Shown: positions 54,200 through 54,445 of the stretch, in pieces
Layout of the letters: each line of letters begins with the position of its first letter
How positions within the stretch are numbered: position 1 is the first letter of the stretch
Source of the DNA: a virus
Taxonomy: Duplodnaviria > Caudoviricetes
Reading direction: 5' to 3' (one strand)
IMG/VR virus record: IMGVR_UViG_3300025138_000051
Span: 1 to 54,445 of that record
Length of the DNA: 54,445 nucleotides
The notes under the pieces: model-generated
What the model saw: the letters and a program-made list of their open reading frames with translations, nothing else
Databases searched by the model: none
Told to the model about the DNA's origin: nothing
Program-made: the position numbers and the translations under genes

Positions 54200-54445
54200 T
54201 TATTTTTTAGATTTTTTACCAACACATTTCCATCTTTTACGAGAAAGATTATTAGGTGTGTTAGGGTCATTTCTTTTACCAATAGGTAATCCCATTTTTA
54301 TACCATAGCTTCTGGCACAATATGAATCGCCTTTAGAAGTTCCTGGTTTTACTCTTGGGCCACCCCCTTTTGCTTGTCCAGCCTGTCCGTAACTAACTTT
54401 TTTTCCAGAAGCTGTTACTTTTACTTTTGCTTTACCTTGTCGTGG
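54200..54445 (-). CDS. partial basic protein (DUF6321-like; 5' truncated)
   Basis: Own translation ...KKVSYGQAG...PGTSKGDSYCARS...NDPNTPNNLSRKRWKC...; frame open to the window end. Confidence 0.75.
   Translation of the reverse strand, partial: PRQGKAKVKVTASGKKVSYGQAGQAKGGGPRVKPGTSKGDSYCARSYGIKMGLPIGKRNDPNTPNNLSRKRWKCVGKKSKK

Noticed and set aside
1-54445. CRISPR array, tRNA genes, integrase, introns/inteins, stop-codon recoding
   Set aside because: No regularly spaced repeats or cloverleafs in the short intergenic gaps, no recombinase or intein motifs, and genes tile densely under the standard code. This was inspection by eye, not a computed scan.

Overview
The window is a large, contiguous piece of an AT-rich tailed dsDNA phage genome (podovirus-like, Caudoviricetes); both ends fall inside genes. 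The host is very probably Bacteroidota/Flavobacteriia, because Bacteroidota-type TAnnTTTG promoter elements recur in intergenic gaps and start codons have AT-rich leaders with no Shine-Dalgarno. There are two convergent arms. The + arm (1-12.4 kb) holds small early genes, a DnaA-C-like HTH, a Sak3-like annealing protein, a RecE-like exonuclease, an SSB, a candidate origin, a primase-helicase, an SF2 helicase, a VRR-NUC and a metallophosphoesterase; no DNA polymerase is visible. The - arm (54.4 kb to 12.3 kb) holds small basic proteins, holin-like genes, a tail-fibre module, a tandem GroES-like protein, a 2OG-Fe(II) oxygenase, TerS/TerL, portal, scaffold, major capsid, tail ring and nozzle proteins, and a GNAT followed by three probable ejection proteins (up to 2217 aa). 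The most interesting observations are: (i) a possible plug-and-socket, daisy-chained fibre system, where C-terminal THNL domains are followed by genes starting MAI[KR][YF]L; (ii) mosaic internal repeats in the long fibre; (iii) an apparently split tail nozzle carrying Cys-bounded modules; (iv) TGTACA palindromes on all three early promoters found, whereas late promoters lack the -33 box; (v) an inverted-repeat origin candidate beside a primase-helicase ending in a clamp-binding-like QGDLF; and (vi) several unannotated micro-ORFs. All function calls come from motif recognition by eye; no database searches were run.
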